Below are positions 19,101 through 28,223 of a DNA stretch of 42,456 nucleotides, piece after piece (position 1 is the stretch's first letter; each line of letters starts with the position of its first letter). The position numbers and the translations under genes were made by a program. The DNA comes from Dehalococcoidia bacterium (GTDB lineage: Bacteria; Chloroflexota; Dehalococcoidia; GIF9; UBA5629), in contig DUEX01000003.1 of NCBI GenBank assembly GCA_011170325.1, positions 16,661 through 59,116 of the forward strand, given 5' to 3'. The notes beneath the pieces were generated by a model. The model made no database searches. It saw only the letters and a list, made by a program, of their open reading frames with translations, and was not told where the DNA came from.

Positions 19101-19461
19101 CACCAATTACAAAGGCAACAGCATATTGTTTACTGTGAGATATAGTGACAGAGAATTCATTTATCCCAATCTCTTTGGCTTTATTCTGGGCTCGGCCATG
19201 AAGCTGAACCAGAGGGACGCCGTCACTATTTGAAAGAATCTCAATATCTCGCCAATTTAAACCCTTGGTACCAGTGCCAAGAGTTTTCATCACAGCTTCC
19301 TTGGCAGCGAAATGGGCGGCTAAACTTGAGGCTACATTATGGCAGTCTTGCAGCTCAGCCTCAGTATAAATACGTTTGAGGAAAGAATTCTGCCAGCTGG
19401 ATATAGCCTGCTCGATACGATTTATCTCTATAATATCAATGCCGACATGTATTCTAGGCAA
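19090..19461 (-). CDS. acpS: Holo-ACP synthase
   Basis: GIDIIE, FAAKEA, ISHS motifs. Confidence 0.95.
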   Translation of the reverse strand: MPRIHVGIDIIEINRIEQAISSWQNSFLKRIYTEAELQDCHNVASSLAAHFAAKEAVMKTLGTGTKGLNWRDIEILSNSDGVPLVQLHGRAQNKAKEIGINEFSVTISHSKQYAVAFVIGDAV

Positions 19462-19479
19462 CTTCGCTAATAATTCCCC

Positions 19480-20715
19480 CTAGCACTCAGAATATCTACG
19501 AATAACGAGAACCGAGTTGTGACCACCGAAACCAAAAGAATTAGAAACAGCTATACGAACATCACTAGCCCTAGCCACATTTGGCACGTAATCCAAGTCA
19601 CATTCTGGGTCAAAATTTTCAAGATTTATCGTTGGTGGTATGATACTGTCATTTATTACTTTACAGCAGACAATTGCCTCAAGTGCTCCAGCAGCGCCAA
19701 GCATATGACCGACCATTGATTTTATTGAGCTAATCGGAATTTCGTATGCCTTGTTGCCAAAAACCTTCTTAATAGCTCTGGTCTCACTTATGTCATTTAG
19801 CGGTGTTGATGTCCCGTGAGCGTTAATATAGTCGACCTTATCACTGTTTACATCGGCTAAAGCAAACTCAATTGCCTTAACCGCTCCCTCACCGCTTTCC
19901 AGTGGTTGAGTGATGTGGTAAGCATCCGATGTGGCTCCATAACCAACAATCTCAGCTAGAATATCAGCGCCTCTTGACCTAGCATAATCGAGACTCTCTA
20001 CAACTAAAACCGCTGCACCCTCACCAATAACAAAGCCATCACGCTTGGCATCGAAAGGTCTCGATGCCTTTTCAGGGTCAGTGCTTCTTGATAATGCGCC
20101 GGCTTGTGAGAAGCCAGCAATACCGATGGGAGTAACAGCAGCATCAGCACCACCCGCAATCATTAGCTTAATCTCACCATATTTAATCATTTTATAGGCT
20201 ATCCCTAAAGTATCCGTCCCTGTTGAGCAAGATGAAACCAAGCTAAAATTTGGCCCCCTAATTCCTGTTTTTATTGATACTTGGCTTGGGGCATTGTCAG
20301 CTATCATCATTGGAACAATATAAGGGCTAACCCTGACTGGTCCTCTTGTATTCAATACCTCAAGCTGTCGTGATAGAGAACTTAAACCGCCAACGCCACT
20401 GCCTATTAGGATGCCAGCATCATATCTATTAGTGTCATCTATTTTGAGCTTAGCGTCCTCAATAGCTTGCAAACTGGCTGCAACAGAAAATTGTGTAAAT
20501 CTATCTGTGTATCGAGCAGTTGTTGGGTCTAAGTAATCAAGTGGGTTGAAGTTCTTTACTTGGGCAGCTATTTTAACATTGAAATCGGTAGCATCGAATA
20601 GACTGATATAGTCCACGCCGGATACACCAGCTACTAACCTTTGCCAAGTGTCTTCAACATTTAAGCCAAGTGGCGTGATAGCTCCGTAGCCAGTAACCAC
20701 AACCCGATTGAACAT
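19480..20715 (-). CDS. fabF: Beta-ketoacyl-ACP synthase II (canonical copy)
   Basis: RVVVTG, GSGVGG, SSCSTG, NAHGTST, GHMLGAAG, SNSFGFGGHN. Confidence 0.96.
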   Translation of the reverse strand: MFNRVVVTGYGAITPLGLNVEDTWQRLVAGVSGVDYISLFDATDFNVKIAAQVKNFNPLDYLDPTTARYTDRFTQFSVAASLQAIEDAKLKIDDTNRYDAGILIGSGVGGLSSLSRQLEVLNTRGPVRVSPYIVPMMIADNAPSQVSIKTGIRGPNFSLVSSCSTGTDTLGIAYKMIKYGEIKLMIAGGADAAVTPIGIAGFSQAGALSRSTDPEKASRPFDAKRDGFVIGEGAAVLVVESLDYARSRGADILAEIVGYGATSDAYHITQPLESGEGAVKAIEFALADVNSDKVDYINAHGTSTPLNDISETRAIKKVFGNKAYEIPISSIKSMVGHMLGAAGALEAIVCCKVINDSIIPPTINLENFDPECDLDYVPNVARASDVRIAVSNSFGFGGHNSVLVIRRYSEC

Positions 20716-20716
20716 C

Positions 20717-20956
20717 TTAGGTTTTTAACTTTGAGTTAATTACAGAGACTATGTCACCAACAGTAGTGATACCCTCTAATTCCTCATCTGGTAGATAGAA
20801 GCCAAAGGCGTCTTCAAGCGCTAATGCAAGCTCTACCATGCCTAGCGAATCTACCTCCAAATCATCATCCAGCAAAGCGCTCAAGACTATTTTACTTTCA
20901 TCAACCCCTGGCTGCACTTTGCAGATAGCCTTCTTGACTTGATCGAATACGTCCAT
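20717..20956 (-). CDS. acpP: Acyl carrier protein
   Basis: DDLEVDSLGMVEL with intact Ser; GAGGAG SD; 1 nt from fabF. Confidence 0.9.
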   Translation of the reverse strand: MDVFDQVKKAICKVQPGVDESKIVLSALLDDDLEVDSLGMVELALALEDAFGFYLPDEELEGITTVGDIVSVINSKLKT

Positions 20957-21053
20957 CTTTGTCTCCTCTGCTTCTTACATGACGTATATAATAAAATACT
21001 TGCAATCTAATAGATTCGTAATAGAGTAGTTCCAAGTCAGAATTATTATTCCT

Positions 21054-21251
21054 CTAGCCAGGCTTTTTCTTCGGGCTCTTAATCTCAATCACTTCCCTGC
21101 CAGCATAACTACCACAAGTAGGACAAACATGATGAGCTAATTTCGGGCTATGACATTGAGGGCAATCAACTAGTGTAGGAATGCTTAGAGCTAGATGACT
21201 GCGCCTTTTGCCTTGACGCGCTTTAGCATACTTTCTCTTTGGTAATGCCAT
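21054..21251 (-). CDS. rpmF: 50S ribosomal protein L32
   Basis: MALPKRK...RRSH...CPQC...HHVCPTCG.Y. Confidence 0.97.
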   Translation of the reverse strand: MALPKRKYAKARQGKRRSHLALSIPTLVDCPQCHSPKLAHHVCPTCGSYAGREVIEIKSPKKKPG

Positions 21252-21762
21252 TTAGACTGCGCTCTCCTTTCTTAAGAAGGACTAATTTTGACCAACGCTG
21301 ATCATGAACTTGAGGTGGACATTGACAGGGGCCTTGGTTAAGATTATGCCCGCAAGATGGACAAATCCCAGCACAATCTGGACGACAAAGCAGCTTCGTA
21401 GGCATAGCTAATAAAGTATATTGGCGTATCACTTCGCTTAAATCTAGCACATGATTACTATCAATGGCAAAGCTATCAGGCTCTTTAGGCAAAGATAAAC
21501 CCTTGGATGTGTCCATGCTAGGAAGGAATTCATCCTCCAGGTCAAAGTTAACTGAACAATCAGCGGAATTAAGGCATCGACTGCAGACCCCTGTGACATT
21601 GGCAGTCATTGTACCTTTGACCAAAATGCCTCGATTGGTATGAGTTAAGGTCACCTCACCTTTAATGGAATTTGTGCCTTCTTTACCAACGAGCTCATTT
21701 ATTTGATAACTACGAGTTGAGCCTACTGGCTCTTTAAGTAATTGGGCAACATTAATACGCAT
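21223..21762 (-). CDS. yceD: YceD/DUF177 family protein
   Basis: CSRCL, LC.PDC.GICP.CG.NLN, D.RW; upstream of rpmF; start moved to ATG 21762 because the ORF-track TTG is the -35 box. Confidence 0.92.
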   Translation of the reverse strand: MRINVAQLLKEPVGSTRSYQINELVGKEGTNSIKGEVTLTHTNRGILVKGTMTANVTGVCSRCLNSADCSVNFDLEDEFLPSMDTSKGLSLPKEPDSFAIDSNHVLDLSEVIRQYTLLAMPTKLLCRPDCAGICPSCGHNLNQGPCQCPPQVHDQRWSKLVLLKKGERSLNGITKEKVC

Positions 21763-21781
21763 TTCATTACAAAGTTGGCTT

Positions 21782-21810
21782 ATTATAGGTTGAGTTGCCT
21801 GTGGTGTCAA
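21782..21810 (-). promoter_or_regulatory. Perfect-consensus sigma70 promoter for yceD-rpmF(-fab)
   Basis: Minus strand TTGACA-17 nt-TATAAT. Confidence 0.88.
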
Positions 21811-21871
21811 GTGGCTGTGCTAGCCTAATGGCTATGCAACCGCCTGCTGAAATAGGAGGTGCATCTCAGGC

Positions 21872-22711
21872 TCAGACTTGTTCCACCAGCGCTACACCTA
21901 TAGCATGAGGACCGGTATGGGCACCAACTACTGGCCCGAAGACAAACCGACGTATATTCTCCATCGGGAATATAGAGCTCAGGCGCTGAGCAAACGCCTC
22001 GGCCTTGTCAGGGGTAGTGGCCTGTTCCACTGCTAATGCTCTGATGTTGTCAAATCCTTTGACGAAGTTATACAGCCAGTCAAGTGCTTTCTCACGGCTG
22101 CGTGTCCGGGCAATGCCCTCGACTAAGCCATCGATAATTCCGATGATAGGGTTTATCTTGAGCACTGAGCCCATGAACGCCTGAGCGGTACCGATGCGCC
22201 CACCTTGATGCAGATACTCCAGCGTGTCAAAACAGATACGGGTGTGAGTCTTGGGTATGAATTTCCGTATCACATCCATTATCTGGTCTAGGCTGGCTCC
22301 CAGTTTAGCTTCCTCAGCGGCTATCATAACCAGAAGCGCCTGACCGGCTATTGTGGTCAGGGTATCAATTACCTCCACTCGGCAGTCCTTTCGCTTCCTT
22401 AGTTCCAGGCCCTCGATTGCCGATTCATAAGTGGCGCTTAACTTTGCTGAGATTGTTAGTGCCAACACCTCACTGGTCTCTTCAGCTAGCTTATCGTAAG
22501 CCTCGGCAAAAGCCCCGGCTGGCGGAGCACCGGTAGTGGGAAACACCTTGTCCTTTGCTAGCCTATAGAAGAGTTCTGCTGGCTGTATGTCGAGCCTATC
22601 GCGGTACGACTCGCCTCCAAAATTGACCCACAGAGGTGCCACCGTGACGCCCAGTTCACGGGCCATCTCGGGTGTAATATCGGAAGTGCTGTCTGTTACT
22701 ATCTTGACCAT
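21872..22711 (-). CDS. DegV/FakB fatty-acid-binding protein
   Basis: IVTDSTSD, IS.KLSATY, L..GGRIG, GAHTGP. Confidence 0.95.
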   Translation of the reverse strand: MVKIVTDSTSDITPEMARELGVTVAPLWVNFGGESYRDRLDIQPAELFYRLAKDKVFPTTGAPPAGAFAEAYDKLAEETSEVLALTISAKLSATYESAIEGLELRKRKDCRVEVIDTLTTIAGQALLVMIAAEEAKLGASLDQIMDVIRKFIPKTHTRICFDTLEYLHQGGRIGTAQAFMGSVLKINPIIGIIDGLVEGIARTRSREKALDWLYNFVKGFDNIRALAVEQATTPDKAEAFAQRLSSIFPMENIRRFVFGPVVGAHTGPHAIGVALVEQV

Positions 22712-22730
22712 GATACCTCCGTTTATATTG

Positions 22731-23162
22731 CTAATCCGTAGCTTTTGATCTCCTCACTACGTACCATAGAGATGAACTCTTAGCTATAATTGTGCTGTCT
22801 TTTAGGGAGAGGGTGGCTTCAGTCTCAACCAGCCTTGATGTCTTTTTGGTAATCTGAGCTGAAACTTGAATTGGCTCATCAATAGGTGCTAGGTTGGCAA
22901 ATCTAACCTCACTCTTAACGGTAATGCAATTCAATCCTGCGTAGATAACAGCATAACCGGCTGCCTCATCAAGAAGAGTACATAGAATGCCGCCATGGGT
23001 TATTCCTGGCCAGCCTTGATGAAATTTCCCTGGGGTAAATTCTCCCTTGACTATCCCTCCGTCATCAGTAAATTGCAGCTTTAACCCTATGGGATTATCT
23101 TTGCCGCAGGCAAAGCAGAGACTACCAGTGGCGTCGCCGATTTTCGGCTGCGGAATTTGCAT
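22731..23162 (-). CDS. PaaI-family hotdog thioesterase
   Basis: CFACG..NP.GL and HQGWPGITHGG...LLDE. Confidence 0.9.
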   Translation of the reverse strand: MQIPQPKIGDATGSLCFACGKDNPIGLKLQFTDDGGIVKGEFTPGKFHQGWPGITHGGILCTLLDEAAGYAVIYAGLNCITVKSEVRFANLAPIDEPIQVSAQITKKTSRLVETEATLSLKDSTIIAKSSSLWYVVRRSKATD

Positions 23163-23261
23163 CTCATCCTCTCTCTAATGTTTTCTCTGACATCGTTATA
23201 CTATGTATTTGTCTAAGTGCAATACTCCCCCATTAGTATTTCTATAGCTCATAGCCTGATT

Positions 23262-24014
23262 CTAGGTTATTACACCACCGTCTACATTAATGACCTGCCC
23301 GGTGATATAATTAGCGCGGTCACTGGCAAGAAAGGCCACTACTTCCGCCACATCTTCAGACGTGCCGAAGCGCTGTAGTGGTATTTGAGATAATATAGAC
23401 TCCTTTAACTCAGAGGACAACTTGGCTGTCATTTCTGTGGTTATGAAGCCCGGGGCTACAGCATTCACGGTTATGTTACGGGAACCTAATTCCCGAGCCA
23501 AGCTTTTAGTGAAAGCGATGAGTCCGCCTTTAGAAGCTGCGTAGTTGCTCTGCCCCACATTACCGGTTAATCCGGCAACAGAAGCGATATTGATAATGCG
23601 CCCCCACTGTTGGTTCATCATGGAGCGTAAGGCAAACTTAGTGCAAAGATAGGCACCACGCAGGTTAGTATCAATCACGCTATCCCAGGCTTCATCGGGC
23701 ATTCTCAGCAGCAGATTGTCCATGGTGATGCCGGCATTATTTACTAAGATGTCGATCTTGCTCCATTTGTCAGTTATTTGATGCACCATGGCCCTGACTA
23801 GATCGCTATCTCGAACATCCGCTGGCGTTAGTATGGCTTCACCGCCTTGGCTTATGATAGATGACATTACATCCTTGGCTTCAGCCTCTCGGTTTAGGTA
23901 ATTAATAGCTACTTTGGAACCCATGCCAGACAACTTTAAAGCAATAACCCTGCCCAAGCCACGGGATGCGCCGGTGACCAGTGATACCTTGGCCGAAAGT
24001 TCCAAAGAAGACAT
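23262..24014 (-). CDS. fabG: 3-oxoacyl-ACP reductase
   Basis: TGASRGLG, NNAGIT.D, GQSNYAASK, VAPGFI.T.MT. Confidence 0.96.
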   Translation of the reverse strand: MSSLELSAKVSLVTGASRGLGRVIALKLSGMGSKVAINYLNREAEAKDVMSSIISQGGEAILTPADVRDSDLVRAMVHQITDKWSKIDILVNNAGITMDNLLLRMPDEAWDSVIDTNLRGAYLCTKFALRSMMNQQWGRIINIASVAGLTGNVGQSNYAASKGGLIAFTKSLARELGSRNITVNAVAPGFITTEMTAKLSSELKESILSQIPLQRFGTSEDVAEVVAFLASDRANYITGQVINVDGGVIT

Positions 24015-24018
24015 TTTA

Positions 24019-25251
24019 TTACCCGGTGAAGCGTTTTAAGACCAGACAGCAGTTTTGGCCACCCATGCCAAATGAGTTGGAGAGACAAACATTTACTTCA
24101 GCCCGGCGCGCCACATTGGGGACATAGTCTAAATCACACTCAGGATCGGGGATCTCGTAATTCACCGTTGGTGGAATAATTGCGGAGTTTATGGTTAAGA
24201 TTGAGGCGATAGCTTCGATAGCGCCAGCCGCAGTTATTATATGTCCAATCATAGATTTATTAGAGCTGACGGGGATTTTGTAGGCATGCTTGCCGAAGAC
24301 GGTTTTAATAGCCTTAGTTTCGCTAGCATCATTGAGCTTAGTGCTGGTGCCATGAGTGTTTATATAATCAACATCCTCAGGTGCTATCCCAGCGCCCTTA
24401 AGAGCGCCACTCATGGCTATAGCTTCTACTTCGGGGTCAGGAGCGGCTTCATTGTAAGCGTCAAAGGAGCGAGAGGCTCCAGCAAGTTCAGCCAAAATGG
24501 GTGCTCCCCGGCTCATAGCATGTTCTAAGGTTTCTAAGATCAATATAGCGGCACCTTCGCCATAAACAAAGCCATTACGGTTAAGGTCAAAGGGGCGAGA
24601 AGCCTTGGCTGGGTCCGCCTCCCGAGATAAAGCGCCAACAAGCCCCATACCGGCTATAGGTAGCTCAGCTATAGCGGCGTCGGTTCCTCCAGCTAACATG
24701 ACATCGGCATAGCCTAACTGAATGTAATCGTTGGCGGTGGCCAAGGCATCGGCGCCGCTGGCACAGGCGGTGTTTACACTCGAATTAGGCCCCTTAGCCC
24801 CGAACAATATACCTACTTGCACCGATGCCATATGAGGTCCTATCCTGGTAATAAATAGAGGGCTTATCCTCTTTGGGCCACGGCTCTTAAGCACTTCATG
24901 CTCCTCAACGATTCCACGGATGTCGATACTGGTAGCAATGGAAACGCCTATGCGCTCGGAACTTTCTGTTGAGAAATCTAGCTTGGCTGACTCAACTGCC
25001 ATCTTGGTTGCGGCGATGGCAAACTGGGTGAACCTAGCGGTTCGGTCGACCATTTTTGTATCCATGTATTTTGCTGGCTCAAAGTTGGGCACTTCAGCAG
25101 CTATCTTCACTGGGAAATTAGTGGCATCAAATTGAGTGATGTAACCAATGCCTGACTTTCCGGCAGTCAACCCAGCCCAGAATTCATCTACGGTCATGCC
25201 TAAAGGCGTGACCGCTCCCATACCGGTGACAACAACTCGACGCTTAGGGAT
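24019..25251 (-). CDS. fabF: Second, divergent FabF-type ketosynthase; apparent ATC start
   Basis: TACASG, THGTST, GHIITAAG and SNSFG motifs; conserved PKRRVVVTG lies upstream of the first ATG (25221), after an AAGGAG SD. Confidence 0.9.
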   Translation of the reverse strand: MPKRRVVVTGMGAVTPLGMTVDEFWAGLTAGKSGIGYITQFDATNFPVKIAAEVPNFEPAKYMDTKMVDRTARFTQFAIAATKMAVESAKLDFSTESSERIGVSIATSIDIRGIVEEHEVLKSRGPKRISPLFITRIGPHMASVQVGILFGAKGPNSSVNTACASGADALATANDYIQLGYADVMLAGGTDAAIAELPIAGMGLVGALSREADPAKASRPFDLNRNGFVYGEGAAILILETLEHAMSRGAPILAELAGASRSFDAYNEAAPDPEVEAIAMSGALKGAGIAPEDVDYINTHGTSTKLNDASETKAIKTVFGKHAYKIPVSSNKSMIGHIITAAGAIEAIASILTINSAIIPPTVNYEIPDPECDLDYVPNVARRAEVNVCLSNSFGMGGQNCCLVLKRFTG

Positions 25252-25288
25252 GATATCTCCTTTTATTTACCGTTTATACTCCTAAGAA

Positions 25289-26056
25289 TCAGTAAGCGGT
25301 TTGAGAAGGTGCCAGAGATAGTCCACCATCGATGATAATAGTCTGTCCTCGTATCATATAAGCCTGGTCACTGCAGAGGAAAGCTACTATATTAGCCACG
25401 TCGGCAGCAGTTACCATTCTACCGGCCGGGGTCATTTGCCATCTGGCGCCTGCTCCTGCCTGCTCATCAGCATAGAGTTTTAGTGCCTCTGTCTGCACTG
25501 CAGCTGCGGCTACTGAATTGACGCTGATGCCTTTTGGAGCTAATTCTATGGCTAAATACCGGGTTAGTGCCTCCAGAGCAGCCTTAGATATGCCAACGGC
25601 AGCATAACTGGGCCAGACGAGGGAAGAGCCTAAGCTTGAGATAGCAACTATTTTGCCGTCTCTACCTTCCATAAGCTTAGCCGCTCGTTGGGCACAAAAT
25701 AGAAAGGCTTTGGCATTGATATCCATTGTCCAATCCCAAGCTTGGCTATCTAGCTCTAAAACGGAGCGGGCGACGCCTGAGGCAGCATTGTTGATAAGTA
25801 TGTCAAGCCGTCCAAAATCGTTGCTTATGGTCTCAAACATGCTATCGATTTTTTCAATTTCACCAACATGAGCTTTAATAATTCGGGCAGTGCCCCCTTT
25901 GCTTGCTGCCTCTGCGGCAGTTTGCTCCGCTGCCTGGCGATGGCGGAAAAAATTGATTATAACATCAGCTCCTTCTTCAGCCAGTCTAAGCACTATTGCC
26001 CGACCAATGCCCCGAGAGCCGCCAGTTACTAGAGCTACTTTGCCCTTAAGAGACAT
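25289..26056 (-). CDS. fabL: Enoyl-ACP reductase III (FabL-type SDR)
   Basis: NNAASGV, WDWTM.INAKA.LFCAQ.AAKLM, ISSLGS, Y-x6-K (YAAVGISK), AALEALTRYLA.EL, matching Bacillus FabL as recalled. Confidence 0.88.
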   Translation of the reverse strand: MSLKGKVALVTGGSRGIGRAIVLRLAEEGADVIINFFRHRQAAEQTAAEAASKGGTARIIKAHVGEIEKIDSMFETISNDFGRLDILINNAASGVARSVLELDSQAWDWTMDINAKAFLFCAQRAAKLMEGRDGKIVAISSLGSSLVWPSYAAVGISKAALEALTRYLAIELAPKGISVNSVAAAAVQTEALKLYADEQAGAGARWQMTPAGRMVTAADVANIVAFLCSDQAYMIRGQTIIIDGGLSLAPSQTAY

Positions 26057-26068
26057 CTCTTAGCCACC

Positions 26069-26314
26069 TTAACTAGCTTGACGTCGGTCAATATAATTCA
26101 GCATATCACCAAAATTGGTGAGCGTTTCTGCATCCTCATCCGAGATTTCAATCCCGAAGGCGTCTTCTAGAGCAACCAATATCTGCACTAGGTCAAGCGA
26201 ATCAGCATCTAAATCCTTCCAGGTAGTTTGAGGAGTCAGGTTGTCCTCATTACAATGCACTATTCCGGTAATGATGCCTTTTATAGTTTGCTCGATAGAC
26301 TTAGTCCTTTCCAT
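26069..26314 (-). CDS. Acyl carrier protein
   Basis: DLDADSLDLVQI with intact Ser; overlaps the plsX stop. Confidence 0.92.
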   Translation of the reverse strand: MERTKSIEQTIKGIITGIVHCNEDNLTPQTTWKDLDADSLDLVQILVALEDAFGIEISDEDAETLTNFGDMLNYIDRRQAS

Positions 26315-27311
26315 TGTGTAGCTGCCTCCTAATCCTTATTAACTCCGAGTTTAGACTATTTACCAGACCAGATTCGACCATGGTCTTCGCTTGAGCTATA
26401 GCCCTGGTAAACTGTAAAGCTTGGCTACGCCCGTGCATTACCATAGCCACACCATTGACCCCTAGCAAAGGTCCACCACCAAATATATCAGCAGTATTGG
26501 TTAGAGCAAGTAAATCATTGCTCACCCTATCGATTTCAGTATTTGATAACTTCCCACTCAGGCTGGTTTTCAGCCACTTGGCAATAGTGGCTCCTAAACC
26601 CTCGCAGAATTTTACCAAGATATTGCCTACAAAGCCATCACAGACAATCACATTAGCTCGACCGGTGACAATATCATTTCCTTCTACATTGCCAATAAAA
26701 TTTAAGCCACTTCTTTGAAAAAGGGGATAACTTTCCTTAACCAGTTCGTTTCCCTTACCTTCCTCAGCGCCGACACTGAGCAATGCCACAGTGGGGTTTG
26801 GGATATTTAATAATTTCTGGGCATAAACACAACCTACAATAGCAAAGTTTAAAAGGTGATAAGGCTTGCAGTCAACATTACCTCCGTTATCCAACACAAT
26901 TGTATTTGGGCTAAAGCCCAGGAAGTTACCACCAATCACTGGGCGGTCTATACCTTCAGGGGTACCTAAAATCATCAGAGCACTAGCGACTACCGTTCCT
27001 GTGGGACCAGCACTGATTATGGCATCAGCCTCTCCATTTTTCACCAGCTTTGTTGCCACGATTACCGAGGCGTTACGCTTCTGACGCAGTACCAGAGCCG
27101 GTGGTTCACCTTCTTTAACAGACTCATCTGCATTAATACAGTTGATAGCCAGATGAGAAACATCATACTTGACTAGCTCTGCCTGCAATGTGGGCAGTGG
27201 ACCGACCAAAATAACTTCTAATCCTTTCTCTTGAACGGCTGAAACTGCACCCTTGATTACCTCATTAGGTGCATAGTCGCCACCCATGGCGTCTACAGCT
27301 ATCCTGACCAT
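26301..27311 (-). CDS. plsX: Phosphate acyltransferase PlsX
   Basis: IAVDAMGGDYAP, EEGKGN, FIGNVEG, DGFVGN, HGRS. Confidence 0.97.
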   Translation of the reverse strand: MVRIAVDAMGGDYAPNEVIKGAVSAVQEKGLEVILVGPLPTLQAELVKYDVSHLAINCINADESVKEGEPPALVLRQKRNASVIVATKLVKNGEADAIISAGPTGTVVASALMILGTPEGIDRPVIGGNFLGFSPNTIVLDNGGNVDCKPYHLLNFAIVGCVYAQKLLNIPNPTVALLSVGAEEGKGNELVKESYPLFQRSGLNFIGNVEGNDIVTGRANVIVCDGFVGNILVKFCEGLGATIAKWLKTSLSGKLSNTEIDRVSNDLLALTNTADIFGGGPLLGVNGVAMVMHGRSQALQFTRAIAQAKTMVESGLVNSLNSELIRIRRQLHNGKD

Positions 27312-27314
27312 TTT

Positions 27315-27779
27315 TTATCTACTGGCATCTTCTAATGCCACCTCGCTATTTAGCGGTGTTTTAACCATTGCTTCTCCGGTCACTATCGTCTCTTGATTCT
27401 GATTGTGACAGCTTACACTGCAACTAAAATTAAGACTGTTATTCTCTACCGCGACAGAGTTAACCTTCCCAGTGACACTGATGGTATCTTTAGACCGAGC
27501 CGGCGCCTTAAATCGAACTGCCAACTTACCTGCTGAAGACCAGCTTTCCCCAAAGGCTAGCGTCATCATTTCCGATACATAGGCTAAAATGAGCATGCCA
27601 TGGGCAATAGTGCCACCAAAGGCAGTCTGAGCAGCAAATGACTCGTTGACATGGATTGGGTTAAAGTCAGCAGAAGCTTCGGCATAAAGATTTATCTTCT
27701 CCTGGCTAAGATGCTTCACTATTTCAGGTAGGGCATCCCCGGGGTGTAATTTCGGAAGCTTAGAGCCGGATAAAGTCAT
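27315..27779 (-). CDS. MaoC-family (R)-specific dehydratase, catalytic subunit (HadB-like)
   Basis: Hydratase-2 motif YAEASADFNPIH...FGGTIAHGML. Confidence 0.9.
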   Translation of the reverse strand: MTLSGSKLPKLHPGDALPEIVKHLSQEKINLYAEASADFNPIHVNESFAAQTAFGGTIAHGMLILAYVSEMMTLAFGESWSSAGKLAVRFKAPARSKDTISVTGKVNSVAVENNSLNFSCSVSCHNQNQETIVTGEAMVKTPLNSEVALEDASR

Positions 27780-27791
27780 TTTGGATTACCT

Positions 27792-28175
27792 TCAGTTGGG
27801 TAAGATTAAAGTTGTCTTCCCAGAAAGAACTAATTCCTCATCTTGGTCAAAGGTGGTAAGCTCGATTACCAGCATACTTAATTTGGTGCGGCTTAGCTTC
27901 TGTACAACTCGGGACTGACAACATATGCGTGAGCCAACAGTTACTGGCTTGAAGAACTCTAATTCCTGTGAGGCGTGAACTGAGCCAGGCGGCATATTAA
28001 TGGACTGGGAGACCGCTTTCATGGTATAAGCGGCAATCGCAAAGGGTGGGGCGAAGCTGGCAACTGGTGAATGAGCCTCTACCGCTTCTTCATACTTGGA
28101 AATAATCGAAGGGGTGAGCTCATAGTTAACAGGCGGCAACTCATAGCCCACTTTTAATTCTTCATACCTTATCAT
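27792..28175 (-). CDS. MaoC-like hotdog protein, non-catalytic partner (HadA-like)
   Basis: APP...VHASQELEFFKPV.VG pattern; no D-x-NPIH motif. Confidence 0.8.
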   Translation of the reverse strand: MIRYEELKVGYELPPVNYELTPSIISKYEEAVEAHSPVASFAPPFAIAAYTMKAVSQSINMPPGSVHASQELEFFKPVTVGSRICCQSRVVQKLSRTKLSMLVIELTTFDQDEELVLSGKTTLILPN

Positions 28176-28194
28176 CAGTAAATTTGAGGAATTT

Positions 28195-28223
28195 AGTATA
28201 AGATTACCTCAAGATTAAGTCAA
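28195..28223 (-). promoter_or_regulatory. Sigma70 promoter of the maoC-plsX-acp-fabL-fabF2-fabG operon
   Basis: Minus strand TTGACT-17 nt-TATACT. Confidence 0.75.
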
